A stretch of DNA of 62,935 bases from Nitrospirota bacterium (GTDB taxonomy: Bacteria; Nitrospirota; UBA9217), in NCBI GenBank assembly GCA_045403145.1, contig JAXIPA010000177.1:1-62935 (forward strand). The letters run 5' to 3'. This document shows positions 54,657 through 62,935 of this stretch, one piece after another. The notes under the pieces are model-generated. The model was not told where the DNA came from. It worked only from the letters and a program-made list of their open reading frames with translations, and made no database searches. Made by a program: the position numbers and the translations under genes. Position 1 is the stretch's first letter; every line of letters starts with the position of its first letter.

Positions 54657-55877
54657 ATGCAGGCGATAAATAAAAAAATCAATGGACTGTTCGCGAGCAG
54701 GAGGTTCAACTGGATCGCGTTCGCTCTCATTGCGGCGCTGATCCTGATCGCCTATTCGAACACCTTTTACGCAAGTTTTCACTTCGACGACAACCCGTCC
54801 ATCGTGGAGAACGCGTATATAAAACGATTTACTCTCGACAACATCAAGCATCTGCTCAGCATCAACAGGCCGGTCGTTAATCTCACCCTGATGCTCAATT
54901 ACAGTCTGAGCGGGCTGAATGTCGTCGGCTGGCATGTTTTCAATATTGCATGCCATATCGCGAACAGTTTCCTGGTATATCTGCTGATCCTCTGGACCCT
55001 GGACCTGCCGCTCCTGGCAAAGAGGTATGGTGGAAAGGCGAAGCGGATGGCCCTCTTCGGAGCGCTCCTGTTCGGAGTGCATCCCATTCAGACCGAATCA
55101 GTTACCTACATTATTACCCGCACCGAGCTTCTCGCGACGTTTTTTTACCTCGGGGCCTTTCTGTTTTTTATCAAAGGGGCCAGGAAAAATAAATTTGTCT
55201 ATTTCATCGGTGCGGCATGTTCCGCGTTCCTCTCCGCGGGTTCAAAGGAATGGGCCGTAACCCTGCCTGCCATGCTTTTTCTCTATGACGTCATCTTCCT
55301 TTCCGAAGGCAAACTGAAGCCGGCACTGTCCCGCTGGAAGGCCTATGTCCTGATTATACTCTCATGGGGGGTCATTGCGCGTACGTTGAACCTTGTGGCC
55401 GGCAGCGGCACCGGCGCGAGTGTGGGGTTCAATATTTCCAATTCGTCCGGAATCCCCCTGAATGCCTGGACATACCTGCTCACTTCTTTCAATGTTATCT
55501 GGACGTATATCAGGCTTTTGATTCTGCCGATCAACCAGAACCTTGACTATGAGTACCCCATCGCCCAGACCTTGTTCGCGTTTCCAACGCTGCTTTCATT
55601 TATCGGTCATATCGCCGTCGTAGGTGCGGCCTTCTGGCTCTACAGGAAGAAGGGCTGGCTATTGGCCCCCTTCGGCGCGGCCTGGTTCTACATCACGTTG
55701 TCGCCGGTGCAGAGCTTTGTGCCGGTCATGGATGTCATTTTCGAGCACCGTTTATATTTGCCGTCAATCGGGTTTTTTATCGTGTTTATCGCCGGCTTCG
55801 AGGGGCTTTTCGACTGGTTATCGGAAAAACAGACAGGCACTCATCCGAAAGGGAGCGGCGAGAAGCTGCAGGTATAG
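54657..55877 (+). CDS. polytopic GT-C-fold glycosyltransferase-like membrane protein (PMT/TMTC-like core, no TPR tail)
   Basis: 406 aa with about 10 TM segments. The first loop carries YSNTFYASFHFDDNPSIVEN, the (F/Y)xFDD acidic motif seen in PMT_2/DUF1736-type enzymes. Confidence 0.55.
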   Translation: MQAINKKINGLFASRRFNWIAFALIAALILIAYSNTFYASFHFDDNPSIVENAYIKRFTLDNIKHLLSINRPVVNLTLMLNYSLSGLNVVGWHVFNIACHIANSFLVYLLILWTLDLPLLAKRYGGKAKRMALFGALLFGVHPIQTESVTYIITRTELLATFFYLGAFLFFIKGARKNKFVYFIGAACSAFLSAGSKEWAVTLPAMLFLYDVIFLSEGKLKPALSRWKAYVLIILSWGVIARTLNLVAGSGTGASVGFNISNSSGIPLNAWTYLLTSFNVIWTYIRLLILPINQNLDYEYPIAQTLFAFPTLLSFIGHIAVVGAAFWLYRKKGWLLAPFGAAWFYITLSPVQSFVPVMDVIFEHRLYLPSIGFFIVFIAGFEGLFDWLSEKQTGTHPKGSGEKLQV

Positions 55878-55932
55878 CAGTAACAGGGTCAGCAGCCGGA
55901 CTTTGAACTAAACCACCTTTCGCATATCCAAC

Positions 55933-57660
55933 CTATTCCGTTTCAGGCTTCCGGCAAAGAGCTACAAACTCGTTATACTTGAAAACATGACCAATACTGC
56001 GAGGGAAGGGGAAGGAATATTGCCTTTCCACCGTAAGTCCGGCCTCTTTGGCTATTTCCGTTAGCGCGGCGAAATCCGTGAAGGTGACGTGAGAGGGATC
56101 GGAGCGAAAGCCCCGTTCCTGGGGCGTAATAAAAACGACCCTTCCCCCCGGACGCAGATAGGTGAGATATGCATTCAATAAAGTGACGACCTCCGACCGT
56201 TCCATATGCTCGACAACGTGGGAAAGGAGGATGGCATCAAAACGCGCTTCCCGGGCATACTCACTGCCCTGAAATTCCTCCGGAGTAAACGCAAGTACAC
56301 CGCGCGATAAAGCAACGTCTACCGAACGGGGATTGTGGTCGATCCCCACTCCGGCTCCACGACCTCCGAGGTTTACCAGGTTGCGGCCGAGACCGCAGCC
56401 GAGATCCAGGACAAAACCGAGTTGCAAACGCTGCAGATGCATGCGGTACGGCCTCTGGACATCGAGCAACCGTTTCCACTTGGATTCCAGGCTGATCAGT
56501 CGCTCAGTATAGCTTTCTTTTTCAGTGCCATGGTGATCTTGCTGCGTTGCCCCATCACCTTCAAGCCGCATATACGCTTCAAGAAGCCGCTTCGCCATTA
56601 TCTCTGGCCGCCAATTGCGTTCGAACTCGTCCCGCCCCCTTGCGCCCATCTCCTTCGCAATTGCAGGATTTTCCTTGAACATGAGTATCGCCTTTATCAG
56701 TTCTTCTTTGGAACCATAGGGAACAGCCACACCGTTCCCCACAGCCGAAATCCTCCTGGCCGACAGCGTCCCTTCGCCGACAATGATCGGTCTACCAAAG
56801 GCCATACTTGTAAAAAGCTTGGTCGGACTTACCCACCTGTGTGCCTCGTTATCCCTGTCCGTCACATAGACGAACAGGTCGAAACCGCTTTCCAGCTCAA
56901 ACAGTTGGTCGAAGGGGACCCACGATCTATATGTTACATTAGGGTAGTTCCGTGCAGATTCTCCGACCACATCCGCCAGGGGGCCGAAGCCGCCGATTAT
57001 CAGCTTCACCCCGTGATCCTTCAGCTCCCCAATCGCTTTAATAACCGTGACTAGGTTTCTCCCTTCCGCAAGAGAGCCAATGTAACCAACTACAAAGTCT
57101 TCATTTGCAGCGGGTGAAAATTGGGAGATCGTAGGATAGGTCACGTTAGCGATTTCCACAACCCGTTTCGGCCTGGCCCCTTCGTGCTGAGGCAATCTGA
57201 GCAAGTCAGTGATAATGAACAGATCAGCATGGGTAATGACAAAGTTTTCGAGCGATTTTGCAATTCCTGCCAGAAATTTAGGCCACCTCTTCGGCAATAC
57301 GGTATAGTAAGGGTCCAGACACTGATAAACAAATGGTTTGCCCAGTAATTTTGCGGTGATCAAACCCACAAAACCCGTATCGAGGTCTATGGCGTGGATG
57401 AAGTCAACCCGTGCAAACGGCAGTTTTATAAGAAGCCATATTTCAAACAGGAACAACTTGAGAAAAGTGCTCAAGTTATAATATCCTGCTTTAATACTGC
57501 ATTTGACGTAACTTATATTGTTATTTACAGCTATTGGTTGATAGTCTCGCTGCCTGTCCCATATAAAGCAGTCGAGTTTATATGCCTTGGATAGTGTGTT
57601 TGCAATTCTTCCAAAGGTCGCTTCCTTTGGATATGATCTGAGTAACGCAATCTTTTTCAT
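55933..57660 (-). CDS. bifunctional glycosyltransferase family 4 / class I SAM-dependent methyltransferase fusion
   Basis: 575 aa. The N-terminal ~370 aa are GT4/GT-B-like (…GSLAEGRNL…, …VPYGSKEELIKAI…). The C-terminal ~190 aa carry VLDLGCGLGRN (SAM motif I) and FDAILLSHVVEHM...LRPGGRVVF. Confidence 0.7.
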   Translation of the reverse strand: MKKIALLRSYPKEATFGRIANTLSKAYKLDCFIWDRQRDYQPIAVNNNISYVKCSIKAGYYNLSTFLKLFLFEIWLLIKLPFARVDFIHAIDLDTGFVGLITAKLLGKPFVYQCLDPYYTVLPKRWPKFLAGIAKSLENFVITHADLFIITDLLRLPQHEGARPKRVVEIANVTYPTISQFSPAANEDFVVGYIGSLAEGRNLVTVIKAIGELKDHGVKLIIGGFGPLADVVGESARNYPNVTYRSWVPFDQLFELESGFDLFVYVTDRDNEAHRWVSPTKLFTSMAFGRPIIVGEGTLSARRISAVGNGVAVPYGSKEELIKAILMFKENPAIAKEMGARGRDEFERNWRPEIMAKRLLEAYMRLEGDGATQQDHHGTEKESYTERLISLESKWKRLLDVQRPYRMHLQRLQLGFVLDLGCGLGRNLVNLGGRGAGVGIDHNPRSVDVALSRGVLAFTPEEFQGSEYAREARFDAILLSHVVEHMERSEVVTLLNAYLTYLRPGGRVVFITPQERGFRSDPSHVTFTDFAALTEIAKEAGLTVERQYSFPFPRSIGHVFKYNEFVALCRKPETE

Positions 57661-57712
57661 AGATTTTGCCTAGCTATAAATTTGGAGCATAAACATCTTG
57701 ATCCATGAATCA

Positions 57713-57886
57713 TTAACGTTGCTTTCTGCGGTGAAGAAAGGATAATATATTCCGCCTTGCAATACACTCACCGCAGCCCAGATCCAGGACCCTGCTGCCC
57801 TTCGGCAGGGACAAAATGAACTTATACCTCAGGTGATAATACCTCAGGTGTTCACGCAGGTTGTTGACGCGTTGCGCCAGTGTCAT
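57713..57886 (-). pseudogene. 57-codon remnant of a class I SAM methyltransferase (N-terminal fragment only)
   Basis: Below the ORF-track size cutoff. Manual translation from ATG 57886 (ATGA overlap with the upstream GT2 stop) gives MTLAQRVNNLREHLRYYHLRYKFILSLPKGSRVLDLGCGECIARRNILSFLHRRKQR*. SAM motif I (VLDLGCG) is followed almost immediately by a stop. Confidence 0.45.
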
Positions 57887-58803
57887 ACCAGGTCCTTTCT
57901 CCCAAACCGGCCCCGGTAGGAGTCGATCATCCCCGACCAGATAATTTTAATACCCCGGACTTTGTTGACTTTCATCGTGAACAGGCTGCACACGTATCTG
58001 CCGACGATAAGGACATCTCTCAGGGTATTCAAACCGGGGAATTTAAGAGGGAGATGTGTTTTAACCAAACGGAGATGGTTCCTGACGGAATAATAAAGAT
58101 AGAAGCCGGTGCCGGCCCCTCCGGATGCCGAGGAGATTTTATGCCAAACCTTCGATCCCGGAACAAAAACCACTTTATATCCTGCATTTTTAGCCCGCAA
58201 AGACCAGTCCACTTCCTCGCCATAGCAAAAATACTCGGCATCCATAAGCCCTACTGCTTCACAGGCCTTGCGGCTGATCATCATGGAGCACCCGCAAGCC
58301 CTGTCGGTTTCCCGCATCGCGTCGTATTGACCGGCATCCTTCTCGTTGTACCCGCGATGGACGCTCTTCCCGGTTTTAAGGTTCAGGACCGCTCCCGCGT
58401 ACCAGAGGATGTCGGGCCTGTCATAAAAATATATTTTCGAGCTCAAGATGCCGATGGCTTTGTCGGACTCTGCCGCGTTCACCAGTTCCGTTATAAAGCC
58501 CGCGTCTACCGCTGTATCGTTATTGAGTATGAGCGTGTAATCCGCCCCGTTATCGAGCGCATACCGGATGCCGACATTGTTTCCCTCTGCAAAACCGAGG
58601 TTCTCGCCGGTCTGGATGAGCTTTATATCCGGAAAGGATTTTCTCAGTATTTCTTCTGACCCGTCCGTTGAACCGTTGTCAACGATGACGATCTCGTAGT
58701 TGGTATACGCGACTTTCCTGAGGGAGTTGACGCACTCCAAGGTGTCCCGATACCTGTTCCAGTTCAATACTATGATAAAGACTCTCGGGGTCATTCCATT
58801 CAC
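57883..58803 (-). CDS. glycosyltransferase family 2
   Basis: 306 aa. Contains VFIIVLNWNRYRDTLECVNSL, VDNGSTDGS and FCYGEEVDW. Confidence 0.82.
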   Translation of the reverse strand: MNGMTPRVFIIVLNWNRYRDTLECVNSLRKVAYTNYEIVIVDNGSTDGSEEILRKSFPDIKLIQTGENLGFAEGNNVGIRYALDNGADYTLILNNDTAVDAGFITELVNAAESDKAIGILSSKIYFYDRPDILWYAGAVLNLKTGKSVHRGYNEKDAGQYDAMRETDRACGCSMMISRKACEAVGLMDAEYFCYGEEVDWSLRAKNAGYKVVFVPGSKVWHKISSASGGAGTGFYLYYSVRNHLRLVKTHLPLKFPGLNTLRDVLIVGRYVCSLFTMKVNKVRGIKIIWSGMIDSYRGRFGRKDLV

Positions 58804-58905
58804 TCGCTCTGTTTACCAGCCATCGGGTAGAAAATTATGATGCCATGAACAGGTGCAGCAATAGTATTTTACGCTCGCGTGGGTCATGCATTATTCTTCC
58901 GCGGG

Positions 58906-60030
58906 TCAGGTCCTGCCTTTGTATGTGGTTCTGGCATCTTTAATTGCTGACAGGAATTTTCTTCCATTTTTCACATCCGGCTCGAGATGGCATCCCTCGG
59001 CCCATTCATTCCATGCATTAATAAACACGATTTTCTCGTCTTCGCCGTACTTTTCCGACCTGGTAAAGGCATTTAAGAGCCACTCCCCAAACTGCAAAGG
59101 GTCGTCATTTTGGACTATGTTGGCCCTTCGTTTTCTCGCACTATTGTCCCATGAAGGCGTGACGCAGGGGAATTTCTTATAACCATCCGGATGCGGTTTG
59201 GCCATTGCCTTGTCCGCCAGTTTCTTGTAACTGTAAATATTATTTTCATTCATCAAGGGAAGGTAGGATTGTAACCCGAGCCCGCTGATGATTTTGTTAT
59301 AACTGTTCGTGAAGGCGAGTTTTAAAAAAACGGACAGAGACCGTCCCGGCAAATCCTTATAGTAGGGCTGAAACTCAACGATTGCATCGAACCCTGCTGC
59401 TATTACTGCTCTTTCGTCCATCTGATCAAAGTTGCTTCTGACCGAGCACAGATATATATCGTCGAATCCGTGCTCTCTCACGATCTTTCTCCAATCGCGG
59501 ATCCTTTCCGGTAAATCGGGAATATTGTCCGTCCTGTAAATAAGAAACAAGGGCCTGTTATTTACCTTTATATAACGAGAGTCCTTAAATGCATTGCATA
59601 GCCAATGGATGTGTTCGATCCTGTCCCTGGCATTGTAATCCTGCGCCATCAAGATATCTTGGTGCATCCCGTCCCACGACCTTGTCCAATTTTCATTTGC
59701 CCAGCACAGGCAAAAAGGAAAATCCGGCTTCCCTGACTTCAGCACTTCATTGAATGGCCGATCCAGGAGCATCTTGCCGTTGAACCAGTAATGATAATAA
59801 CAAAATGCGGAGATCCCGTGTTCGGCGGCAAGTTCGGCCTGTGCGATCCGCGTCTCTTCGAGCCGAAGATCGTAAAAGCCCAAGTCCGCGGGTATCTGCG
59901 GCTGGTGATGACCCTTGAAACGCGGCCTCGCCCTGGCCACACTGACCCATTCGGTAAACCCTTTGCCCCACCAGGCATCATTTTCCGGGATGGGATGATA
60001 TTGCGGGAGATAAAAGCTGATAATTTTCAC
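58906..60030 (-). CDS. WbsX-like / glycoside hydrolase family 99-like domain protein
   Basis: 374 aa. Starts MKIISFYLPQYHPIPENDAWWGKGFTEW and contains YYHYWFNGKMLLDRP and WANENWTRSWDG. These are diagnostic of the Glyco_tran_WbsX family. Confidence 0.8.
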   Translation of the reverse strand: MKIISFYLPQYHPIPENDAWWGKGFTEWVSVARARPRFKGHHQPQIPADLGFYDLRLEETRIAQAELAAEHGISAFCYYHYWFNGKMLLDRPFNEVLKSGKPDFPFCLCWANENWTRSWDGMHQDILMAQDYNARDRIEHIHWLCNAFKDSRYIKVNNRPLFLIYRTDNIPDLPERIRDWRKIVREHGFDDIYLCSVRSNFDQMDERAVIAAGFDAIVEFQPYYKDLPGRSLSVFLKLAFTNSYNKIISGLGLQSYLPLMNENNIYSYKKLADKAMAKPHPDGYKKFPCVTPSWDNSARKRRANIVQNDDPLQFGEWLLNAFTRSEKYGEDEKIVFINAWNEWAEGCHLEPDVKNGRKFLSAIKDARTTYKGRT

Positions 60031-60048
60031 GTTGGTGTCGAATTCCTT

Positions 60049-60993
60049 TTAGGAAATTAATCTTTTTCTGCAGCAAATGACATTTTGATTGCATACCCTA
60101 TCGGCGAATCCGGCGTGCCGGTATTCCTGTACCTCGAACCATTTTGACCAGTGAAGACGCACATATTTTTCCGGGATGCAACTTTCACCATAAAATGAGG
60201 GTTCCAAGGGGCCCCCCCCGCCGGTAGGACCATAACAAAAAACGCCCTCATCATACAATGCTAAATACTGTTTCGTGCTTACCAAGGAGGCTGCGGCGTC
60301 TTGCTCCTGTCCCGCGAGCTGCCTTTTCCTCAAGTCGGCAATGAGCGGTACAAATTTTCGGGGCCTCGTGGTAGCAATAAGCAGTCCGCCCGGCTTAAGA
60401 ATTCTATGGAACTCCTCAAGGAACTTCAAATGAACATCCTCGGAGAGATGCGAGAAAACCGAGTAAAGGTAAATTATGTCAAACATCGAGGAATGGTAAT
60501 CTGTCGGCGGCATAGGTTCAGTCAGGCTGAAACTTACCCATTTATTCTGGGCCTTCGCGGCGTCTAAAGCCTCTTTAAAACAGTCTGCGCCATGCAGGTT
60601 CATATGACTCACGTCACGCATAAAATAGCGCGTGATTCTTCCCCAGCCGCAGCCAAAGTCAAGAATCTTCGTGTTTTCGTTTATTCGTTCCCCATAGGTT
60701 GCGGCATAATCTGAAATTGCCTGAAAGAAACGCATAGCTTCCAGTAAGGTCACTTTTCCCGCGGCTCCGGTCCAGTTGCGCTGCATTTCCTCAGGCGGCA
60801 AGCCGGGGACAAACTCAATAAATTCGCCGCATATTTTTTCGAAGTTCAAGAACAAATACAGTAATTCTCTATTCGACAGGTTGTTTAAAATCGTGTGGGG
60901 CGTATTGCTCCCGTGACGCACGAAATTCGTCGCGAACTTTTTGTTAATACTCTTCAAGTAATACTCGCTTTTCACGCGCTCAATAATGTTCAT
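60049..60993 (-). CDS. class I SAM-dependent methyltransferase
   Basis: 314 aa. Contains ILDFGCGWGRITRYF (motif I) and IIYLYSVFSHL...LKPGGLLIAT. Confidence 0.75.
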   Translation of the reverse strand: MNIIERVKSEYYLKSINKKFATNFVRHGSNTPHTILNNLSNRELLYLFLNFEKICGEFIEFVPGLPPEEMQRNWTGAAGKVTLLEAMRFFQAISDYAATYGERINENTKILDFGCGWGRITRYFMRDVSHMNLHGADCFKEALDAAKAQNKWVSFSLTEPMPPTDYHSSMFDIIYLYSVFSHLSEDVHLKFLEEFHRILKPGGLLIATTRPRKFVPLIADLRKRQLAGQEQDAAASLVSTKQYLALYDEGVFCYGPTGGGGPLEPSFYGESCIPEKYVRLHWSKWFEVQEYRHAGFADRVCNQNVICCRKRLIS

Positions 60994-61050
60994 ATATTCG
61001 CCCTTTCACCTGTTGGGTCGCGGTTCTCATTCGTGCACGCCTTTTTTGGA

Positions 61051-62118
61051 TTAGGTGCGTTTTAGACCTCCAAAAGACGATGCTACTTTTTTCAATGACT
61101 GCAAAATATTACGGAAATATTGTCGATAATAGAATCTGCTTGTTTTAAGACTATTCCAGACGATGAAATCATGCGACCCGATCATCATGTAGAAGCTAAC
61201 AAAGAGGAAATTCGGGATGATTCCTGGAATGATAGCGACCATCTTGGCAATAAAGAGTTTCCAGCGTGAATCGACACGGGCTTCAATGAACCTGCTGTAT
61301 TCCACAAGGGAATAGACCCCATATGCTCTCATCAATAAAAGCACCTGTAAGCTGTTCCCTGGATACTTTGGGCATATGCGTGATTTCGCCGCATCACTTA
61401 TGGAGGAAAAAGACCAGATGAGGCCAGGCCACTTAATCATCCAGATTTCAAAATGTCGTGGTGACCATTGAGCATTACCATACCGGATAGAAATGCAAGG
61501 TTCCGCCATCGCGAATGCTCCGTTTGGAAGTTCTTTCTGAAAGATGACCCCTATATGGATGAATTCCGTGCCAATATAGGGCTCTTTTATTCGCTCGTTC
61601 CATAGTGCGCGATCTATCACTACCGCTCCGATGAACGACAAATAAGATGCCGTGTTGACAAAAAAGGCTTCCCAAGAAGCAGGCTGATAGACTATGTCAT
61701 TGTCAATGTGGAGATGCTTGGTCTCAACGAGTTGCGTCAGATTTCTATCCCACACCTCGGCGTTTACAACGATGAGACTGTAGTTGTGCTGGAGGAGTTC
61801 AAGGATGGTTTTGATAGCACCCGGTTTTACTATATCGTCATCGGTCAATAGCCAACAGTATGTTCCTATCGCAAATGAAACGGCATGGCAATAATCCCGG
61901 TCGACGCCGCCCTTGACCGGCAGACGGTGATACTGAAGCTGGGGGCATTGATCCTTGTAACGCTGAACGACAGTTGCCGTATCATCGGGCGATGCGCCGT
62001 CGACGACGATAATTTCCACCTCGTCTATGGTCTGGGAGATGATGCTTTCTAAAGTTTGGCCAATCACATCGGCACGGTTGTAAGTCGCGATGCAGATAGA
62101 GAGTAGAGGCGCTTTCAT
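61051..62118 (-). CDS. glycosyltransferase family 2
   Basis: 355 aa. Contains LSICIATYNRADVIGQTLESIISQ, VVDGASPDDT and LLTDDD. It has a hydrophobic C-terminal segment. Confidence 0.8.
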   Translation of the reverse strand: MKAPLLSICIATYNRADVIGQTLESIISQTIDEVEIIVVDGASPDDTATVVQRYKDQCPQLQYHRLPVKGGVDRDYCHAVSFAIGTYCWLLTDDDIVKPGAIKTILELLQHNYSLIVVNAEVWDRNLTQLVETKHLHIDNDIVYQPASWEAFFVNTASYLSFIGAVVIDRALWNERIKEPYIGTEFIHIGVIFQKELPNGAFAMAEPCISIRYGNAQWSPRHFEIWMIKWPGLIWSFSSISDAAKSRICPKYPGNSLQVLLLMRAYGVYSLVEYSRFIEARVDSRWKLFIAKMVAIIPGIIPNFLFVSFYMMIGSHDFIVWNSLKTSRFYYRQYFRNILQSLKKVASSFGGLKRT

Positions 62119-62915
62119 ATGCGTTCCCCCGGTTTGATAAATTCGAGCATGACTACCCCTTCACCGGGAAGTTCGTCTGTAGAAGAGAACAATTGATATT
62201 CAGTAGCCATCATGTAGGGCTCACGCCAGAAAGGATAAAGAAAACCAAGAAGTCGCTTCATGGTAGCATTCCTGAAAAAGAAGCCGCTTTTTTTTTCGCC
62301 GAAGATTGCGATACGGGCCGGCACGCCGGTTACACTGTAGATGGATGATTTCAATAGTTCACGATCATAATAACGCTGCCAGAAGGTGTAGCCATCATCT
62401 CCTGGATTGAGCACACCATACTGATTATGGCTGATGTACTGTTCAAGCGGTTGAGACATGCAGGGGAGTGTCAAAATGAGTTTTCCGCCGGGACGAAGTA
62501 GCGACCACATAGTTTCAAGAACTGCCTTGTCTTCAGGTATATGCTCCAGAACTGAAAGACAGGTTATGAGATCAAATGAAGCTTTAGTAAAACCGGCATT
62601 GTTAAGGATGCCGTTGAAAAACATACAGCGAGATTTCAACCCAAGTGCATTTGCCAACTGTTCCGTCTCTCGCAGATCACTGAGGTCTGGATTAATTAGT
62701 TCAGCGGTTGCCTCCGGCGCTTCCTTCAAGAGAAAGAGCGGCATGAGTCGTGGGGAAGAGACGTCTAGGTAATGCGTGAAAGCAAGGGAGTTAACGCTTT
62801 TCCAGACTTCTTGGAACTCAAAATATCGCGTTGAATCCATGGGGAAAAAAAGAAAGTTGTAACATGTTTCCAATGATATGCGACCTGTAAACAACAAACG
62901 GGCACCGGTGGCCAT
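62115..62915 (-). CDS. class I SAM-dependent methyltransferase
   Basis: 266 aa. Contains FDLITCLSVLEHIPEDKAVLETMWSLLRPGGKLILTLP. It has a 4-nt overlap with the downstream GT2. The start lies close to the window edge. Confidence 0.6.
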   Translation of the reverse strand: MATGARLLFTGRISLETCYNFLFFPMDSTRYFEFQEVWKSVNSLAFTHYLDVSSPRLMPLFLLKEAPEATAELINPDLSDLRETEQLANALGLKSRCMFFNGILNNAGFTKASFDLITCLSVLEHIPEDKAVLETMWSLLRPGGKLILTLPCMSQPLEQYISHNQYGVLNPGDDGYTFWQRYYDRELLKSSIYSVTGVPARIAIFGEKKSGFFFRNATMKRLLGFLYPFWREPYMMATEYQLFSSTDELPGEGVVMLEFIKPGERI

Positions 62916-62935
62916 GCATCGCAGATGAAAGCCGA

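Overview
This is a 62.9 kb chromosomal segment, high in GC except for the last ~7 kb. It comes from a Gram-negative, probably anaerobic bacterium, judging by LptCAB, MlaEFD, sigma-54, a clostridial-type Bcd/EtfBA module and QueH. The rpoN-hpf-ptsN-hprK-rapZ order resembles what I recall for Geobacter-like Deltaproteobacteria, but taxonomy cannot be fixed from this window. All product calls rest on motifs I recognise in the ORF translations, because no searches could be run.

I call 65 CDS plus one gene remnant. I recognised no rRNA, tRNA, CRISPR array, transposase or prophage.

Gene content, left to right:
- Minus-strand operon yceD-rpmF-plsX-fabH-[acyl-CoA dehydrogenase-etfB-etfA]-fabD, then an MFS transporter.
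- A DUF4124 protein, bioA, htrA, a PIN/TRAM protein, yebC and ruvCAB.
- A membrane-fused spermidine-synthase-like protein, queH, a SpoIID-domain protein, a TPR protein, a GAF-GGDEF cyclase and aspartate aminotransferase.
- cbiMQO, a GAF-PAS protein, then lptCAB-rpoN-hpf-ptsN-hprK-rapZ-EIIABCD(Man)-ptsH-ptsI.
- A cobD-like gene, alr, mlaEFD, galU, lon and thiL.
- From ~51 kb, a glycan-modification region with four GT2 enzymes, a GT4-methyltransferase fusion, a GT-C membrane enzyme, a WbsX-like protein, three methyltransferases, DUF2062/DUF2304 proteins and a dinJ-yafQ toxin-antitoxin pair.

I found no obvious new defence or secretion system. The most unusual signals are:
- A pervasive set of heptanucleotide-periodic inverted repeats filling intercistronic gaps. 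One copy sits in frame inside thiL.
- Two further small repeat families and a MITE-like element.
- A ferredoxin-fused Bcd/Etf module embedded in the fatty-acid synthesis operon.
- An AT-richer, methyltransferase-rich glycosylation island containing a GtrB/DUF2304/GT-C three-part module.
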